Shown here: positions 60,119 through 64,000 of the stretch, piece after piece | Numbering within the stretch: the stretch's first letter is position 1 | Layout of the letters: every line of letters begins with the position of its first letter | From: a virus | Taxonomy: Duplodnaviria; Caudoviricetes | Length of the DNA stretch: 64,000 bases | IMG/VR virus record: IMGVR_UViG_3300025357_000008 | Coordinates: 64,001-128,000 of that record | Direction: 5' to 3' (one strand) | Program-made: the position numbers and the translations under genes | The notes under the pieces: generated by a model | The model's database searches: none | Seen by the model: only the letters and a program-made list of their open reading frames with translations | Told to the model about the DNA's origin: nothing

Positions 60119-60673
60119 ATGACTAGCAGAGCAGTTATAGATTATACAATGGAAGACGATTCTCTTGGCGTAAGAGATGCTTTATATTCTGCAATTCAAG
60201 ACCGTGTTATGGCACATATTGAAGCAAAGAAAGCAGAAATAGCGGCAAACTTTATTACACCACATCAAGAAGAGACAGATGTTGAGGTCGATGAAGACCT
60301 AGAAAATGAGATGAAATATTATGCTAATGTACCAGAAGGTGTTGAGGTATTTGTACCAAAACAATCTATTACAGAAGCAAAAGATAAAAAGCCTAAAGAA
60401 GAGCACCCATGGAGAATGGACAAAGACCGTGAAGGTACTGGCTACCATGAAATCAATTCTGTGCGTCCTAAGACAGCATTAGTAAATGGTGTTCCTAAGA
60501 ACCTAGGTCTTGAGCATGATGGTGTTCATAGTCACGCTTTTGAGAATCAACATGAGGCAGAGAAAGCCGCATTTGATTTAGCGAGCCGTGGTCACATGTG
60601 TACTCATCACTGCCCACAAGGTTACGCTAAAGCGGTTATTCAACCACATCACTCAATGGCGATTGGTTATTAA
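60119..60673 (+). CDS. Prohead core-like protein (gp67 position) with His-rich extension
   Basis: Directly after the portal gene; helical N-terminus (AIQDRVMAHIEAKKAEIA), then an acidic stretch. Confidence 0.5.
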   Translation: MTSRAVIDYTMEDDSLGVRDALYSAIQDRVMAHIEAKKAEIAANFITPHQEETDVEVDEDLENEMKYYANVPEGVEVFVPKQSITEAKDKKPKEEHPWRMDKDREGTGYHEINSVRPKTALVNGVPKNLGLEHDGVHSHAFENQHEAEKAAFDLASRGHMCTHHCPQGYAKAVIQPHHSMAIGY

Positions 60674-61155
60674 TGAAATCAATTAGAGAGTTTATTGATA
60701 TTAAATCATCCGAGGCGGAAACGCTTTCGGAGGACTCTCTATTGGAAGCCCCACAAGGTAAGGAAGTCTCTGCAACGAAGACTGACTTACCTTCTCTTTT
60801 GACGTTACAAAGAAAATCAATACGCCGTCTACCAAACGGTGAAAAGGTTGCTTTGTACTATGCCAGTAAGATTAATAAATATGTAACAATACCATATTCA
60901 GACGTTCATTCTGAAGAATATGAAAAAGGTAACAATTTAGAATGTCTTCAAGACATAGTAGAGAGCAATAAAGCTAATGCAATTATTTTTGAAGATGGTA
61001 AAACGATGATGGTAAATATTGCAACTGCAAAGAAAGTCTTAAGACTACACGAGTCTTTAGATGCCACAAATCGTTTAAAGATTTATAGAATGGTTGATGA
61101 GAGCAAAGAACAGTTTAAGAAAGTAGTTGGTTTTGCTTTCACACATATAAAATAA
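60673..61155 (+). CDS. Hypothetical head-associated protein
   Basis: 160-aa ORF in the head cluster; L-x-E motifs near the N-terminus. Confidence 0.6.
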   Translation: MKSIREFIDIKSSEAETLSEDSLLEAPQGKEVSATKTDLPSLLTLQRKSIRRLPNGEKVALYYASKINKYVTIPYSDVHSEEYEKGNNLECLQDIVESNKANAIIFEDGKTMMVNIATAKKVLRLHESLDATNRLKIYRMVDESKEQFKKVVGFAFTHIK

Positions 61156-61163
61156 GGTAAAAA

Positions 61164-61676
61164 ATGGCAAATCAATATACATACCAAATTATAAAAGATA
61201 ATGTCAATCACACTATCATTAAATTGACTGGTCAGTTTGATGGTAGCGGTCAAGAATCTAATCTTAATAGAATTCAAGCAAACACACTTTACGGCGCTTT
61301 AAATACTGCCGGTGGTGCATTGTCAGGTGGTGGTACATCATTACCATTTTACGGATTATTAATCAATCGTGTTTGGTATGATGTTAGCGGTACAGGTAAC
61401 GCACAATTAGTTTGGTCTTCAGATACAGCACAAACTATATTCTATATGACTGGCGGACACGAATATGATGCTATGGGAAATTGGGTAACTATTCCTAACA
61501 ATGCATATGGTCAAGCTAACTGTAATGGAAATATTGGTATCATAACTCACGGTATGTCTGCAAACGATGGTTACAGTATTGTAGTAGAAGTACGTAAAGA
61601 TAACATCTATTATCAACGTGGACATCTTGATGATCCTGCTTCATTCAATTATGGCATTTATAGAACTACACCTTAA
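61164..61676 (+). CDS. Hypothetical virion protein, tandem paralog A
   Basis: Similar to 61679 at both ends. Confidence 0.7.
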   Translation: MANQYTYQIIKDNVNHTIIKLTGQFDGSGQESNLNRIQANTLYGALNTAGGALSGGGTSLPFYGLLINRVWYDVSGTGNAQLVWSSDTAQTIFYMTGGHEYDAMGNWVTIPNNAYGQANCNGNIGIITHGMSANDGYSIVVEVRKDNIYYQRGHLDDPASFNYGIYRTTP

Positions 61677-61678
61677 TC

Positions 61679-62269
61679 ATGGCTAACAAATATACTTACC
61701 AAGTTTTAAGAGATACTACAACAGATGCTGTGATTAAACTCACAGGCAGTTTTGATGGTACTGGACAAGAAGCAAACACATCTAGAATTCAAGCAAATAG
61801 TCTTGCTGGTGCGATTGCAACTAACGGTTATCTTGTAGCAAATTCTACAAATTCTTTTGCTAATACACCTTTATCATATTACGACCTTCAGTTAACCGGT
61901 TTAAAATATTTTGTCAACTTCCCAACAAATACTGTTGGTGGTGTCGAAATCTTTTGGTCTGGCAACGGCACATCATTCTCAACACAGTATGCAAACTCTG
62001 CAACGATAGTGCATTTGAATGGTCAAGGTGAGATGGGTATGGGAGAACAATTACCATCTATTCTAAATAATTCTGGTGCAACAGCAAACGGATATATTAT
62101 ACCAGCAAACGTTGGTCTTGGTGATATCGGTGTTACTACACAAGGTGCAACTGCAAACTGTGCGTATACATTAATATTGCAAGTGAGAAAGAATAACGCT
62201 CAATATCAACGTGGTCAGTTCAATGATCCGGCCGCATTTAACTACGGAATATACAAACAAATACCATGA
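61679..62269 (+). CDS. Hypothetical virion protein, tandem paralog B
   Basis: Similar to 61164; ATGA overlap with gp21. Confidence 0.7.
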   Translation: MANKYTYQVLRDTTTDAVIKLTGSFDGTGQEANTSRIQANSLAGAIATNGYLVANSTNSFANTPLSYYDLQLTGLKYFVNFPTNTVGGVEIFWSGNGTSFSTQYANSATIVHLNGQGEMGMGEQLPSILNNSGATANGYIIPANVGLGDIGVTTQGATANCAYTLILQVRKNNAQYQRGQFNDPAAFNYGIYKQIP

Positions 62270-62910
62270 AACTAATCAAAGAAATTACAGAATCGGTAAA
62301 CTATATTACCGAAGAAAAAGATGGAAAGAAAACTCTATTCATCGAAGGTCCTTTTTTAGTTACTGAAAGAGAAAACAAGAATAAACGTCTGTATGAACAC
62401 GGTACAATGCTTAAAGAAGTTAAGCGTTATACTGAAGAGTACATCAATAAAAACCGTGCATACGGTGAATTAGGTCATCCAGACACACCTTCGATTAACT
62501 TAGACCGTGTATCACACATCATTACTTCTCTCAAAGAAGACGGTCATCAGTTTATCGGAAGAGCAAAAATACTTGATACCCCAATGGGACAGATTGCCAG
62601 AAACCTTATCGAAGGTGGTGGTCAACTAGGAGTCTCATCTCGTGGTATGGGTTCATTGAAGAATGTTAATGGAGTCAACATTGTTCAAGACGATTTTTAT
62701 CTAGCCACAGCGGCAGATATTGTAGCTGATCCATCAGCACCAGGTGCGTTTGTACAAGGTATAATGGAAGGCAAAGAGTGGATGTTAGTAGACGGTGTAT
62801 GGACAGAACGTCAATTAGAAGAATCTAAGAAGATGATTCGTCAAGCTACACCTAGAGAGATTGAAGCTGTCGGCTTGAAAATCTTTGAAAACTTCATCAA
62901 AAAATTATAA
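62266..62910 (+). CDS. gp21: Prohead protease gp21
   Basis: GELGHP, INLDRVSH, LGVSSRGMGSL, ADIVADPSAP.AFV.GIME. Confidence 0.97.
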   Translation: MKLIKEITESVNYITEEKDGKKTLFIEGPFLVTERENKNKRLYEHGTMLKEVKRYTEEYINKNRAYGELGHPDTPSINLDRVSHIITSLKEDGHQFIGRAKILDTPMGQIARNLIEGGGQLGVSSRGMGSLKNVNGVNIVQDDFYLATAADIVADPSAPGAFVQGIMEGKEWMLVDGVWTERQLEESKKMIRQATPREIEAVGLKIFENFIKKL

Positions 62911-62912
62911 AA

Positions 62913-62920
62913 TATAAATA
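62913..62920 (+). promoter_or_regulatory. Late promoter TATAAATA (perfect)
   Basis: Exact consensus upstream of gp22; SD AGGAG. Confidence 0.85.
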
Positions 62921-62950
62921 TACCAATACGAATCATAGGAGATTTACAAA

Positions 62951-64000
62951 ATGGGAAAATTCAATCTGTCAGATGCCGCTAAAGCTATTTTGAACGAAGG
63001 CTCAAAAGAGACTTTAGAAGGTAACGTAAAACAAAAGATGGGTCAAAGAGGATCCGACAAGCACCCAAGCGGTGAAGTTGGAAAAGATGCCGTTAAGCCA
63101 AATATTGCTTACGGTTCTAAATCTGCTGGTATGGTAGGTCAATCACCAGAAGAAATGGATGATGCATTACCAGATTACTTAAAAGGCACACCAACAGCAA
63201 CAGCACCAGGTGCAACACCACCTGTAGGTTCAGAAAAAGACGGTGTTGGTTATTCTAAGCCAAAAGGTCAACCACAAGAAACAATGGGACGCAAAGACAT
63301 TATGGTACCTGCACAAGATACAGCTAATCAATACGATGCTATCCGTGACCGTGTTGCATCAAAATTAGCAAAACAAACAATGAAGCCAAATCCAGGTGCT
63401 ACATTCCAATCATATGGTGAAGGTATTGACCTTTCTGATGACGTAAATGCGTTGCTAGAAGGTGAATCTTTATCTGAAGAATTCAAATTAAAAGCAACAA
63501 CAATCTTTGAAGCCGCTGTTACATCACGCATCGAAGCAATTGTTGAAGAAGTTGAAGCAAGTTTAGTAGAACAATACGAAGCTGGTATCGAACAAATCAA
63601 AGAAGAACTAGCAGAAAAACTAGACCAGTATATTGATTACTTTGCAGAACAATACATGATTCAAAACGAATTGGCAATTGTTTCCGGTCTACGTGCAGAA
63701 ATTGCCGAAGACTTTATGACAAGCCTGCGTAACGTATTCATGGAACACAATATTGACATTCCAGAAGAGCAAGTTCAAGTTGTCGAAGAGTTGACAACAA
63801 GAGTTGAAGAACTAGAACAAGCCTTGGATGAAGAAGTCAAAAACGCTGTTGCTTTAAAGAGAGCACTAAGCGAACAAGTAAAAATTGAGGCTATCCACAC
63901 AGCTTGTGAAGGCCTAACTCAGACTCAGGAAGAAAAATTAAAATCACTCGCAGAGGGTGTTGAATTTACTACTGAAGAAGAATTTAATGCTAAACTAAAC
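62951..64000 (+). CDS. gp22: Prohead core scaffold gp22; 3'-truncated, absent from the ORF track
   Basis: Manual translation MGKFNLSDAAKAILNEG...LSEEFKLKATTIFEAAV...; open to the window end; follows gp21. Confidence 0.9.
   Translation, partial: MGKFNLSDAAKAILNEGSKETLEGNVKQKMGQRGSDKHPSGEVGKDAVKPNIAYGSKSAGMVGQSPEEMDDALPDYLKGTPTATAPGATPPVGSEKDGVGYSKPKGQPQETMGRKDIMVPAQDTANQYDAIRDRVASKLAKQTMKPNPGATFQSYGEGIDLSDDVNALLEGESLSEEFKLKATTIFEAAVTSRIEAIVEEVEASLVEQYEAGIEQIKEELAEKLDQYIDYFAEQYMIQNELAIVSGLRAEIAEDFMTSLRNVFMEHNIDIPEEQVQVVEELTTRVEELEQALDEEVKNAVALKRALSEQVKIEAIHTACEGLTQTQEEKLKSLAEGVEFTTEEEFNAKLN

Noticed and set aside
77-63600. Many short minus-strand and alternate-frame ORFs in the track
   Set aside because: They lie within or across long, motif-supported + strand genes and have no recognisable motifs; they are shadows of biased codon usage.
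1-64000. Genome-wide stop-codon reassignment
   Set aside because: Core genes are full length in the standard code and coding density is near complete. TAG ends gp15 and gp20 at plausible positions. Only local readthrough remains possible.

Overview
This window is the virion-morphogenesis region of a large, AT-rich T4-like myophage, with every credible gene on the + strand. Gene order: spike gp5 (3' end), gp25, gp6, gp7-like, a fibre protein, gp8, a VrlC/DUF4815-like protein split into two ORFs, about 35 kb of fibre, adaptor and adhesin genes, then gp13-14-15-16-17-18-19-20, prohead-core-like genes, gp21 and gp22 (runs off the end). T4-type late-promoter cores (nnTAAATA) and a C(UUCG)G terminator are present. 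I saw no tRNA, CRISPR array, intein, homing endonuclease or reverse transcriptase. Two observations stand out. (1) A context-dependent purge of restriction-like sites. By manual reading, all ~39 GATC sites are GGATC or GATCC, and GCWGC occurs once while GCCGC/GCGGC are everywhere. One explanation covers both: the phage DNA is modified at the 5' C of CC (the same base pair as the 3' G of GG), and only unshielded sites were removed. (2) A repeated plug-and-socket grammar of short terminal motifs and ~110-aa adaptor genes that appears to build a branched adsorption apparatus with swappable LamG or glycine-rich tips. All product calls come from motif recognition and synteny, with no database searches. 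Motif counts are manual and need computational confirmation.
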